Shown here: positions 23,782 to 31,782 of the stretch, in pieces | Layout: every line of letters begins with the position of its first letter | How positions within the stretch are numbered: position 1 is the first letter of the stretch | From: an uncultured Nitrospirales bacterium | Lineage (GTDB): Bacteria > Hydrogenedentota > Hydrogenedentia > Hydrogenedentales > CAITNO01 | Direction: 5' to 3' | Assembly: GCA_964580415.1 (NCBI GenBank) | Contig: CAZOMH010000001.1 | Coordinates: forward strand, 1 to 33,308 | Length of the DNA: 33,308 nt | Translations under genes and position numbers: made by a program | Notes under the pieces: generated by a model | What the model saw: only the letters and a program-made list of their open reading frames with translations | Database searches by the model: none | What the model was told of the DNA's origin: nothing

Positions 23782-26247
23782 ATGAGCTTCTCGTGGATTC
23801 CGATATACAGGGAATTGGCACAGGCGGTTCTGGCATACCAAGACCGCCAAGAGGATCTTCTGAACATACTGCGGGCGGCAAAACAAAAAGGGCTGCCGGT
23901 CATGTCAATACCGGATGAGGGTCCGCATCTGCGACAAGGTATTGATCCATTCTCCTTTTTTGCAGCATTCAACCGGGGGCAAACCCATTCAAATCGGCGG
24001 GAGATAATCGCGTACTTTCAGGACCGTCTTGGGCTCCAGACACAAACCCCGATTGACTTCGACGGCATACCCACAGCTGACAACAGAAGCTCGTTCTTCT
24101 TCTCGGCCAAGTCCGAGACCATGCAGGAGGACCTCCTCACCCTGTGGACTATGGCCTCGGAAGCATACGGAAAACGGGCGGAAGAAGTTTCTTCTGCGCT
24201 ATTCGACAAATGCCTGGGCATAAAAGGGATATCCGCGACCAATCTGACCATGGGGTGTTTCTGGATCAACCCGGAAGGATTTCTGGCCCTGGATGGCACC
24301 AATCGCGCATATTTCCCGCAGGAATTCAACATAGAATTGGGCGCGCGCAACCATACCGAATATGTCGCCCTGTTGGGCAGGGTGCATGAAGCTAGTCAGG
24401 ATTCCTACGCAGATATTTCGCTCGCAGCGTGGAAGTGGAGCAAATCGGTGCAATACTGGACGTTCACACCCGGTCGCAATGGATCAGAATGGGAAAGGTT
24501 TGTGCGGGAGGGGGTTATGGCGATTGACGAGCCTATTGGCGATCTCCTTGGTTGTCCCACGAAGGACAGAATCAAGAATGAATTACGCACGGCCACGGAA
24601 AAAGACTGGCCGTTCACAGTTCGTGCGCATGCATGCTGGGACTTCTCAAGAATCATTAAGCCAGGTGATGTCGTTTTTGCCAAGAAAGGATACTCGGAGG
24701 TTCTTGGTTACGGCATTGTCAGGGGTGACTATCGTCATGATCCAAGCCGCGATGACCACGCACACATTCGGGATGTCGAATGGCATGTACAGGGCGGACA
24801 TCTGGGGGAAGAGGGGGCAACGAAGCCTGCTTTTGCGGTCAAATTTCTGACGAACATTACACCCTGGCCTGACTTTGTCAAGGAGTTCTGTCTGTTGACG
24901 GGTTATGATCCGGGCAATTTGCGCAAATATTACTGGTTAAATGCAAACCCCAAAATCTGGTCATTTGAGAGCGTCATGGTGGGCGGGGAATGCACGTACA
25001 CCTCCACAAATGAACTGGGAAACAAGCGCAACAGATACAAGTGTTTTCAGGAGGCGCGACCGGGCGACATTCTCATTGGCTATGTGACCACGCCAAAGAG
25101 GGCCATCACGGCCATCTGTGAGATTACCAAGAGTTTGCATGCATCGGATGATGGCGAGGTCATTGCCTTCAAGAAGATCCGAAATGTCGCGGCGCCCGTG
25201 ACCTATGACGAGCTAAGGACAGACCCGGAAATTGCTGAAAGCGAACCCCTGAAAAGCGCCCAAGGAAGCCTTTTCAAGCTAACACAGAGCGAGTATGAGC
25301 ATGTCCTGAGAATGATAGACGAAAAGAATCCTGCCGAAACCGACCCGCCTGAACCACCGATTCCCTACACCGTGGACATGGCCATGGACGGTCTGTTTAT
25401 GGCGCGGCATGATTTTGAGGGGATTCTTGGGGCTCTGCGGGAGAAACACAATATCATCCTTCAAGGCGCACCCGGTGTTGGAAAGACCTTTGTGGCGGGG
25501 CGTGTCGCGTACGCGCTGATTGGGGAAAAGGCCAAAGACCGGGTCGAAATGATCCAGTTTCACCAGTCCTATTCGTACGAAGACTTTATCCAGGGGTACA
25601 GGCCCGTCTCAAACGGCGAACATCTGAAGTTCGAATTGAAAAATGGCGTGTTCTACAGATTCTGCCAGCGCGCTATTCAGAATCCGGAAAAGAACTTTGT
25701 GTTCATAATCGACGAGATCAACCGAGGCAACCTGAGCAAGATATTTGGCGAGTTGATGATGCTGATTGAACACGACAAGCGGGGAGATGAGTTTGCCGTG
25801 CCCTTGACCTACGGCGAAGGCAATCAAGCGCCGTTCTACGTTCCCAAGAATCTCTACCTGATAGGCATGATGAACACCGCAGACCGCTCTTTGGCGATGG
25901 TTGACTACGCCCTTCGCCGTCGTTTCCGTTTTGTCGAAATTGAACCGGGATTTGAAACAGAGGCCTTTCGCGCGCACCTGACCCAAACCAAGGGCGCATC
26001 GGCGGCATTGGTTCAGAAGATCATTGACCGCATGTCCGCTGTAAACGCGGATATCGCCGCCGACAACAAGAACCTGGGTCGCGGGTATCGTATAGGCCAC
26101 AGCTTCTTTTGCCCGGTGGACGGGTTGCACCCTGATGAGGACTGGTACGCGCGTGTTATCAAGAACGAAATTGTTCCCCTCCTGGAAGAATACTGGTTCG
26201 ACAATCCGGAGAAGGTGGAACGACACCGGGAAAGGCTGCTTTCCTAG
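23782..26247 (+). CDS. mcrB: McrB-like AAA+ GTPase subunit of a modification-dependent restriction system, with an N-terminal extension of about 530 aa (821 aa)
   Basis: Track ORF 23743..26247 trimmed to ATG 23782, because the -10 box lies inside the GTG-initiated extension. C-terminal motifs: Walker A GAPGVGKT (25465-25488), Walker B FVFIIDEINRGN, the McrB signature MNTADRS, and ALRRRFRF. N-terminal part: residues ~1-222 unrecognised, then ~223-375 and ~383-512 each look like PUA/EVE-type small beta-barrels. Confidence 0.9.
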   Translation: MSFSWIPIYRELAQAVLAYQDRQEDLLNILRAAKQKGLPVMSIPDEGPHLRQGIDPFSFFAAFNRGQTHSNRREIIAYFQDRLGLQTQTPIDFDGIPTADNRSSFFFSAKSETMQEDLLTLWTMASEAYGKRAEEVSSALFDKCLGIKGISATNLTMGCFWINPEGFLALDGTNRAYFPQEFNIELGARNHTEYVALLGRVHEASQDSYADISLAAWKWSKSVQYWTFTPGRNGSEWERFVREGVMAIDEPIGDLLGCPTKDRIKNELRTATEKDWPFTVRAHACWDFSRIIKPGDVVFAKKGYSEVLGYGIVRGDYRHDPSRDDHAHIRDVEWHVQGGHLGEEGATKPAFAVKFLTNITPWPDFVKEFCLLTGYDPGNLRKYYWLNANPKIWSFESVMVGGECTYTSTNELGNKRNRYKCFQEARPGDILIGYVTTPKRAITAICEITKSLHASDDGEVIAFKKIRNVAAPVTYDELRTDPEIAESEPLKSAQGSLFKLTQSEYEHVLRMIDEKNPAETDPPEPPIPYTVDMAMDGLFMARHDFEGILGALREKHNIILQGAPGVGKTFVAGRVAYALIGEKAKDRVEMIQFHQSYSYEDFIQGYRPVSNGEHLKFELKNGVFYRFCQRAIQNPEKNFVFIIDEINRGNLSKIFGELMMLIEHDKRGDEFAVPLTYGEGNQAPFYVPKNLYLIGMMNTADRSLAMVDYALRRRFRFVEIEPGFETEAFRAHLTQTKGASAALVQKIIDRMSAVNADIAADNKNLGRGYRIGHSFFCPVDGLHPDEDWYARVIKNEIVPLLEEYWFDNPEKVERHRERLLS

Positions 26248-26256
26248 CTGCTCTCA

Positions 26257-27300
26257 ATGACTCCCATCCCCATACAGAACATCTATTATCTGCTCTGCTA
26301 CGCTTGGGACAAACTGGCCGAGCGCGACATGGTATCCGTGGATACGCTTCCCTCCACGGACTTGGTAAATCTCTTTGCGCGGGTACTCATAAACGGCACG
26401 CAACTCCTCCTGAAACGCGGTCTGGACCGCAGTTACCTGTGCCAGGAAGAGTGGACATCCCGACTCCGTGGTCGGATTGGTTTTGACGAGACAGCTGGGG
26501 GACGCACTCATACCAGCGGGATACTCTCCTGTCGCTACGATGAAATGAGCCATGACATTCTGCACAACAGGATATTGAAGACCACGCTTGCCTCACTGGT
26601 ATGCATACAGGGCATGGAAGAGGAGAACATTCAAAGACTTTCCGGGCTTCTGAGACACCTTTCGGGTATTGGTCAGATCAGACTCAACGACAGAGTCTTT
26701 GGCGATGTGCGTCTCAATCGAAACAACCGGTTCTACGAATTCCTGATGTGCATCTGTGAGATTGTTTACCAGAATCTGTTGATTTCCGAAAACGGCGGCA
26801 AGGCCAGATTCAGGGATTTTGTCCGCGACGAAAAGCAAATGGCAAGTCTTTTCGAGGGCTTTGTCAGGAATTTCTATCGAACTCATGCTGCGGACAGATA
26901 CAAGAAAATAGGCCGAGAACAGATTCGCTGGCGGCTGAAGCCAGTTGAGGCGGGTTCGGCAGGATGGCTCCCAAAAATGGAGACGGATATCACCCTCACC
27001 TCAGACGTTCGCAAAGTCATTATCGACTGCAAGTACACGGCGCACATATTTCAGAACCATTTTGACAGCAAAACATTCAGGTCCGGGCATATGTACCAAG
27101 TCCATTCATACTTGGCCAATCTGCCGCAGGAGACTTTTGACAAATACGCGGATATCTCAGTCTTATTGCTTTATCCTGCGGTAACTGCGGAACATGCCCA
27201 CGAGTTTATCGACCCAAGGGGGTATCATTTCGGTATTCATACGATTAACCTTGCACAAGATTGGACGAAAATTCATCGCGATCTGCTTGCTTTGGTGTAA
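26257..27300 (+). CDS. mcrC: McrC-like endonuclease subunit (PD-(D/E)xK nuclease)
   Basis: Track ORF, 9 nt after the mcrB-like stop. N-terminal IQNIYYLLCYAWD is typical of McrC. Nuclease core: METDITLTSDVRKVIIDCKYT (D...DxK). Late MYQVHSYL. Confidence 0.88.
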   Translation: MTPIPIQNIYYLLCYAWDKLAERDMVSVDTLPSTDLVNLFARVLINGTQLLLKRGLDRSYLCQEEWTSRLRGRIGFDETAGGRTHTSGILSCRYDEMSHDILHNRILKTTLASLVCIQGMEEENIQRLSGLLRHLSGIGQIRLNDRVFGDVRLNRNNRFYEFLMCICEIVYQNLLISENGGKARFRDFVRDEKQMASLFEGFVRNFYRTHAADRYKKIGREQIRWRLKPVEAGSAGWLPKMETDITLTSDVRKVIIDCKYTAHIFQNHFDSKTFRSGHMYQVHSYLANLPQETFDKYADISVLLLYPAVTAEHAHEFIDPRGYHFGIHTINLAQDWTKIHRDLLALV

Positions 27301-27551
27301 GCGCCCCCTTTTCGTGGTTTCCAGGAGCGATTTAGGTGGTTTGGTGGTGGAGTCCCCATCTTGCGTATTCCGGCAATTCACATCTTTTCGACAAGCCATC
27401 ACGGATTCAATTATCGCTTATATATTTTACGAATAATACGGAAAAAGCGAATGCAAAAAATGTGGTAAATTTACTACGGCTGTCAGCAATGAATGTGGTT
27501 GCTAACGTTGTTATAGTCAGTGACTTAGATGTTTGAAAACCTCGGAGGTGT

Positions 27552-27581
27552 TTGACTGGTTGCGAAAACTAATGCTAACAT
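27552..27581 (+). promoter_or_regulatory. Possible sigma70-type promoter for hpf
   Basis: TTGACT (27552-27557), 18-nt spacer, TAACAT (27576-27581), about 58 nt before the hpf ATG. Confidence 0.3.
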
Positions 27582-27639
27582 CTGTCATTTGTGACCAATG
27601 TAAAAGGCATGTATGACCTTGCAGGGAGGTACTTTACCC

Positions 27640-28206
27640 ATGAACATCAAGATTACCGGACGCCACATGGAGCTGAGCGACGCGCTTAAGGCGTATATCG
27701 AGAGCGCGTTGAAGAAGGTGAAGGTGCATTTTGACAAGGTAATCGACGTGGACGTTGTTTTGGACGTGGAGAAACACCGGCACATCGCCGAAGTGAACCT
27801 GCACGCAAACGGCGTGCGCATTCACAGCAAGGAAGCCTCGTCGGACATGTACGCTTCGGTGGACGCGGTGCTGGAAAAGTTGGAGCGGCAGGCCCGCAAG
27901 TATAAAGACAGGATTAACTGCCACCAGCCCCGGACTGCCCGCGAGGAGCGTTCCTATCAGCTTGCGATTGTCGCCGTGGAGCCGACCAATGGTGACGGCG
28001 ATCACTCGGATCAGCCGGAAGACATCCATCTTGTGGTTAACCGGGAGAAACTGACTGTCAGGCCGTTGAGCCTGGAAGAGGCGGTTATGCAGTTCGAACT
28101 GGTTGACGATCCGTTTATCGTTTTCTTGAACGAGGATACGTCGCAGGTCAACGTCCTCTATTCCCGGGGTGACAAAACCTACGGACTGATTGAACCGGAG
28201 TTCTAG
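27640..28206 (+). CDS. hpf: Ribosome hibernation-promoting factor, long form (HPF / sigma-54 modulation protein family)
   Basis: Track ORF 27613..28206 trimmed to ATG 27640, with GGAGG about 10 nt upstream. Supporting segments: MNIKITGRHMELSDALKAYIE...HIAEVNLHANG...ASSDMYASVDAVLEKLERQARKYK, and the C-terminal dimerisation domain (KLTVRPLSLEEAVMQFELVDDPFIVFLN). Confidence 0.93.
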   Translation: MNIKITGRHMELSDALKAYIESALKKVKVHFDKVIDVDVVLDVEKHRHIAEVNLHANGVRIHSKEASSDMYASVDAVLEKLERQARKYKDRINCHQPRTAREERSYQLAIVAVEPTNGDGDHSDQPEDIHLVVNREKLTVRPLSLEEAVMQFELVDDPFIVFLNEDTSQVNVLYSRGDKTYGLIEPEF

Positions 28207-28233
28207 AATCCGCAGGGGACCTTTGACACAAGA

Positions 28234-28268
28234 CGCCTTTCCCCAACGCTTTGCGCGGGGGAAAGGCG
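28234..28268 (+). other. Perfect 11-bp hairpin in the hpf-hprK intergenic spacer
   Basis: CGCCTTTCCCC (28234-28244) pairs with GGGGAAAGGCG (28258-28268) around a 13-nt loop. No T-tract follows. The hprK SD AGGAGG lies about 12 nt downstream. Confidence 0.55.
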
Positions 28269-28292
28269 CACGCCCGAGCAGGAGGCGAACCC

Positions 28293-29261
28293 ATGGACCT
28301 GAGCAAACTCAAGGTCAAGCGCAAGCAGTCTATTCCCGTCTCGCGCATGCTGGAACACATGACGCAGGACCTTGATTTTGAGTTGCTTGCCGGATTTCAG
28401 GGGGTGGAACGCCCGGTCTTTTCCTGGGATGTGAACCGTCCCGGGCTTGCTTTAAGCGGTTATCTGGACTATTTTGCCAATGACCGTGTGCAGGTGCTGG
28501 GCAACACCGAAATCCATTTTATGGAGCGGATGCGCCCGGCCGAGCTGGCCAACCGGCTCAACAACATGTTTTCTTTCGAGATTCCGGCCTTTGTGCTTTC
28601 GCGCAACCTGATGCCGCAGGCCGTGCTGCTCGACATGTGCAACCGCTGCGGGGTGCCGGTGCTGCGCTCCACCATGACCACCGACGAGGTCATCAGCCGG
28701 ATTATTCTGTACCTGACCCAGGAATTCTCGCCCGAGACGGTTCTTCACGGCACCGTGGTGGACGTATACGGGGTGGGCTGCCTTGTCGTGGGCAAGCCGG
28801 GCATCGGCAAGAGCGAAACGGCGCTGGAACTGGTTGAACGCGGCCACCGGCTGGTGGCCGATGACATGGTCGAAATAAAGCGCCGCCGCGCCGACTATCT
28901 GTACGCCCAGACCAACCGGACCGTAAAGCATTGCATGGAAATCCGGGGGCTGGGCATCATCGATGTGCGCGCGCTGTACGGAGTGGGGCGCGTCCGCAAT
29001 TACAAGCGCATTGGACTGGTTGCCGAACTGGAAGAGTGGGACGACAAGGCGGCCTACGACCGGACCGGGCTTCTGGAACATTATGTGGACATTATTGGCG
29101 TGAGAATTCCCTACATGCGCATTCCAGTGAAGCCCGGGCGCAATGTGGCCATCATCATCGAGGTCGCGGCGCTCAACCAGCGGCTCAAGGAAATGGGCGT
29201 CCATACCGCCCGCGACCTGAACGAGGACATCATGCGCAACAACCGGGGGCAGGCGGGATGA
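28293..29261 (+). CDS. hprK: HPr kinase/phosphorylase
   Basis: Track ORF 28251..29261 trimmed to ATG 28293, with AGGAGG upstream. Supporting segments: LHGTVVDVYGVGCLVVGKPGIGKSETALELVERGHRLVADD (P-loop) and EIRGLGIIDV. Confidence 0.93.
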   Translation: MDLSKLKVKRKQSIPVSRMLEHMTQDLDFELLAGFQGVERPVFSWDVNRPGLALSGYLDYFANDRVQVLGNTEIHFMERMRPAELANRLNNMFSFEIPAFVLSRNLMPQAVLLDMCNRCGVPVLRSTMTTDEVISRIILYLTQEFSPETVLHGTVVDVYGVGCLVVGKPGIGKSETALELVERGHRLVADDMVEIKRRRADYLYAQTNRTVKHCMEIRGLGIIDVRALYGVGRVRNYKRIGLVAELEEWDDKAAYDRTGLLEHYVDIIGVRIPYMRIPVKPGRNVAIIIEVAALNQRLKEMGVHTARDLNEDIMRNNRGQAG

Positions 29262-31444
29262 ACATGTCAGATTTGGCGGAACCCTTTTCGGGCGGCGAAG
29301 CGCCCCGCAGGCGAATCAGCCTTATTTTCGGCTGCCATGCCCACCAGCCCGTTGGAAACTTCGGGTTTGTCTTTGAACAGTCCTACGACCTTTCCTACAG
29401 GCCCTTTCTCGACGTGCTCGAACGTTTTCCCGCCGTGCGCGCCGTGCTGCATTTCACCGGCCCCCTCTTCGACTGGTTTGAGGAGAACCGTCCGGAGTTC
29501 CTGGACCGGCTCGCCCGCATGAGCGCGGCCGGCCAGGTGGAGATTATGGGCGGCGGTTACTACGAGCCGCTGCTTTGCGCCATTCCGGAACGGGACGCGG
29601 TGGCGCAAATTACGCGCATGCGCGAATATTGCCGGCGCCGCTTTGGCCGCGCCCCGCGCGGCATGTGGCTGGCGGAGCGGGTGTGGGAACCGCAGATGGC
29701 GCGGATCATGGCCCGGTCGGGGGTCGAATACACCGCACTGGACGACACCCATTTCCTGTGTTCCGGCCTGCGGCCCGACCAGCTTTACGGTTATTACATG
29801 ACCGAGGACGAGGGGCTCACGGTCAAGGCTTTTCCCATCCAGGAAAGACTGCGCTATCTGGTGCCGTTCCATCCCGTGGACGAGACCATCGCGTACCTGC
29901 GCGGGCTGGCCACGGAAGACGGAACCCGCTGCGCCGTGCTTCACGACGACTATGAGAAGTTTGGCGTGTGGCCGGGCACCCACGGCAGCGTGTACACCGA
30001 GGGATGGCTGGAACGTTTCTTTGCGGCCCTCACGGAAAATGCCGGCTGGCTCAAGACCACAACCTATGCGGACTATATTGACAACGCTCCCGCTGTCGGC
30101 CGCACCTACCTGACCTGCGCCTCCTATGAGGAAATGATGGTGTGGGCACTGCCCACCGCCATGCAGCGGTCGCTGAACGACGCGCGGGCCCGGCTCAAGG
30201 AGCACCCGGACCTGTGCCGGCAGGTCGCGCCCTTCCTGCGCGGCGGTTTTTGGCGCAATTTCCTGGCCAAGTACGACGAATCCAACAACATCCAGAAGCG
30301 CATGCTGCGCGCCAGCAACCGGCTCGAACGGCTGCGCCCGGCCCGGGCGGGGGACCCGCGCTTTGCCGTGGCCGAGTTGCTGCTCCACCGGGGACAGTGC
30401 AACTGCGCCTACTGGCACGGCGTCTTCGGCGGCCTCTATCTGAACCATCTGCGCACCGCGCTGTATGAATGCATCATCGCGGCGGACAACGCCATGGACG
30501 CTCTGGAAAGCCGGGACGCGGACTGCACAACGGTTCAGCAGACGGATTTCGACGGCGACGGCAACGCCGAATGCGTGCTGGAAAACGCGGCCCTGACCCT
30601 TTTCTTCAGTCCCACCGACGGCGGCACCCTGTTCGAAGCGGATTTCAAGGCCAAGCCGTTCAACATCTTGAACACGCTGACACGGCGCGACGAACCCTAC
30701 CACGACCTGCTGCGCAAGGGTGCCGTGCAGATAGGCGACGATGCGCAGGGCGACCTGAGCATTCACGAGATGGTCAAGGCGAAAGAGGCGGGACTGGACA
30801 ATTACCTGGTCTACGACCCGTGGCGCCGCGTGTCGCTGCGCGACCGTTTTCTGGACGAATCGGCGACGCCGGACAGCCTGTGGCGGAGCCACGCCCGGGA
30901 ATACGGCGATTTTGCCAAGGGCGTGTATTCGGCGGTCACCGAAGAGGACGGCGTGACCCTGTGGCGCGAGGGGACCGTGCTTGACGACAGCGGTCCTGTT
31001 CCGGTGCGCCTGTCCAAACGGGTCCGCCTTGCGCCGGGTGAATCAGCCGTGGAAATCCGGTATGATATAGCCTGCGGCGGCGTGTGGCCCCAAAACATGT
31101 TTTTCGGCGTCGAATTCGCCGCAAATCTGCTGACCGGTTCGGCGCATGACAGATATTACTGGTCCGATGACACGGATTTGGGGCGTGCGATGCTCGGCAC
31201 GCGCGGCTGCCACGACGGCCTTTCCCATATAGGGGTGATGGACGAGTGGCAGCGTTTGGCGTGCGGGTGGCGGTTTTCGAAGCCCGCACGGGTGCATCGG
31301 TTCGCCATTGAAACCGTGAGCCAGTCTGAAGGCGGCCAGGAACGGGTGCATCAGGGATGCGTTATTGTTCCCGCCTGGCGGCTGGATTCCGGCGCGGGCG
31401 GTGTGTTTTCCTGCACGGTCCGGATGGAGATGACGCAGTTTTGA
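29258..31444 (+). CDS. Glycoside hydrolase family 57 protein (4-alpha-glucanotransferase / alpha-amylase-like, with DUF1925/1926-type C-terminal region)
   Basis: Real start inside track ORF 28931..31444: the ATG at 29258 overlaps the hprK stop (ATGA). Supporting segments: LIFGCHAHQPVGNF, GQVEIMGGGYYEPLL, WLAERVWEP and GVFGGLYLNHLR. Confidence 0.85.
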   Translation: MNMSDLAEPFSGGEAPRRRISLIFGCHAHQPVGNFGFVFEQSYDLSYRPFLDVLERFPAVRAVLHFTGPLFDWFEENRPEFLDRLARMSAAGQVEIMGGGYYEPLLCAIPERDAVAQITRMREYCRRRFGRAPRGMWLAERVWEPQMARIMARSGVEYTALDDTHFLCSGLRPDQLYGYYMTEDEGLTVKAFPIQERLRYLVPFHPVDETIAYLRGLATEDGTRCAVLHDDYEKFGVWPGTHGSVYTEGWLERFFAALTENAGWLKTTTYADYIDNAPAVGRTYLTCASYEEMMVWALPTAMQRSLNDARARLKEHPDLCRQVAPFLRGGFWRNFLAKYDESNNIQKRMLRASNRLERLRPARAGDPRFAVAELLLHRGQCNCAYWHGVFGGLYLNHLRTALYECIIAADNAMDALESRDADCTTVQQTDFDGDGNAECVLENAALTLFFSPTDGGTLFEADFKAKPFNILNTLTRRDEPYHDLLRKGAVQIGDDAQGDLSIHEMVKAKEAGLDNYLVYDPWRRVSLRDRFLDESATPDSLWRSHAREYGDFAKGVYSAVTEEDGVTLWREGTVLDDSGPVPVRLSKRVRLAPGESAVEIRYDIACGGVWPQNMFFGVEFAANLLTGSAHDRYYWSDDTDLGRAMLGTRGCHDGLSHIGVMDEWQRLACGWRFSKPARVHRFAIETVSQSEGGQERVHQGCVIVPAWRLDSGAGGVFSCTVRMEMTQF

Positions 31445-31485
31445 GCCGGGGCCCCGGTGCCGCGGACGGAGAGGAAACGGGTGGT

Positions 31486-31758
31486 ATGTCGGAAGTGACA
31501 GAAGACGTGATGGTGGTCAACGCGCTTGGAATGCATGCGCGGCCCGCGGCCGCGCTGGTGCAGACAACGCTGCGCTTTGAAAGCGATGTTCACATCAATT
31601 TCAGGGGCAACACCGTAAACGGAAAGAGTATCATGGGGTTGCTTACGCTGGGCGCGGCCCGGGGCAGCCGTTTGTCGGTCACCTGTTTTGGACCCGATGC
31701 GGAAGAGGCCATGGGCGCCGTGCGCCACATGTTCGCCTCCGGTTTCGGGGAAGACTGA
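31486..31758 (+). CDS. ptsH: Phosphocarrier protein HPr
   Basis: Track ORF 31357..31758 trimmed to ATG 31486, with GGAGAGGAAA upstream. His-15 context: NALGMHARPAA. The regulatory Ser-46 context NGKSIMGLLTLGA matches the adjacent hprK. Confidence 0.92.
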   Translation: MSEVTEDVMVVNALGMHARPAAALVQTTLRFESDVHINFRGNTVNGKSIMGLLTLGAARGSRLSVTCFGPDAEEAMGAVRHMFASGFGED

Positions 31759-31782
31759 CGCCAAGACTATGGAGTCCCCCCT

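Larger units (their letters stand above)
23667..27639. other. Low-G+C insert (probable horizontally acquired defence islet) carrying only mcrBC plus an AT-rich spacer
   Basis: Hand counts of 60-nt samples: 24541-24600 is 30/60 G+C, 26581-26640 is 29/60, and 27421-27480 is 18/60. Flanking genes give 41/60 (22801-22860) and 35/60 (27661-27720). No integrase, tRNA or flanking direct repeat found. Confidence 0.65.

Noticed and set aside
27163-27536. Small ORFs in or near the AT-rich spacer (27163..27402 minus, 27194..27436 plus, 27336..27536 plus)
   Set aside because: They overlap the mcrC 3' end or each other, lack SD sequences, and translate to implausible sequences such as MVWWWSPHLAYS. They are probably chance ORFs in AT-rich DNA.
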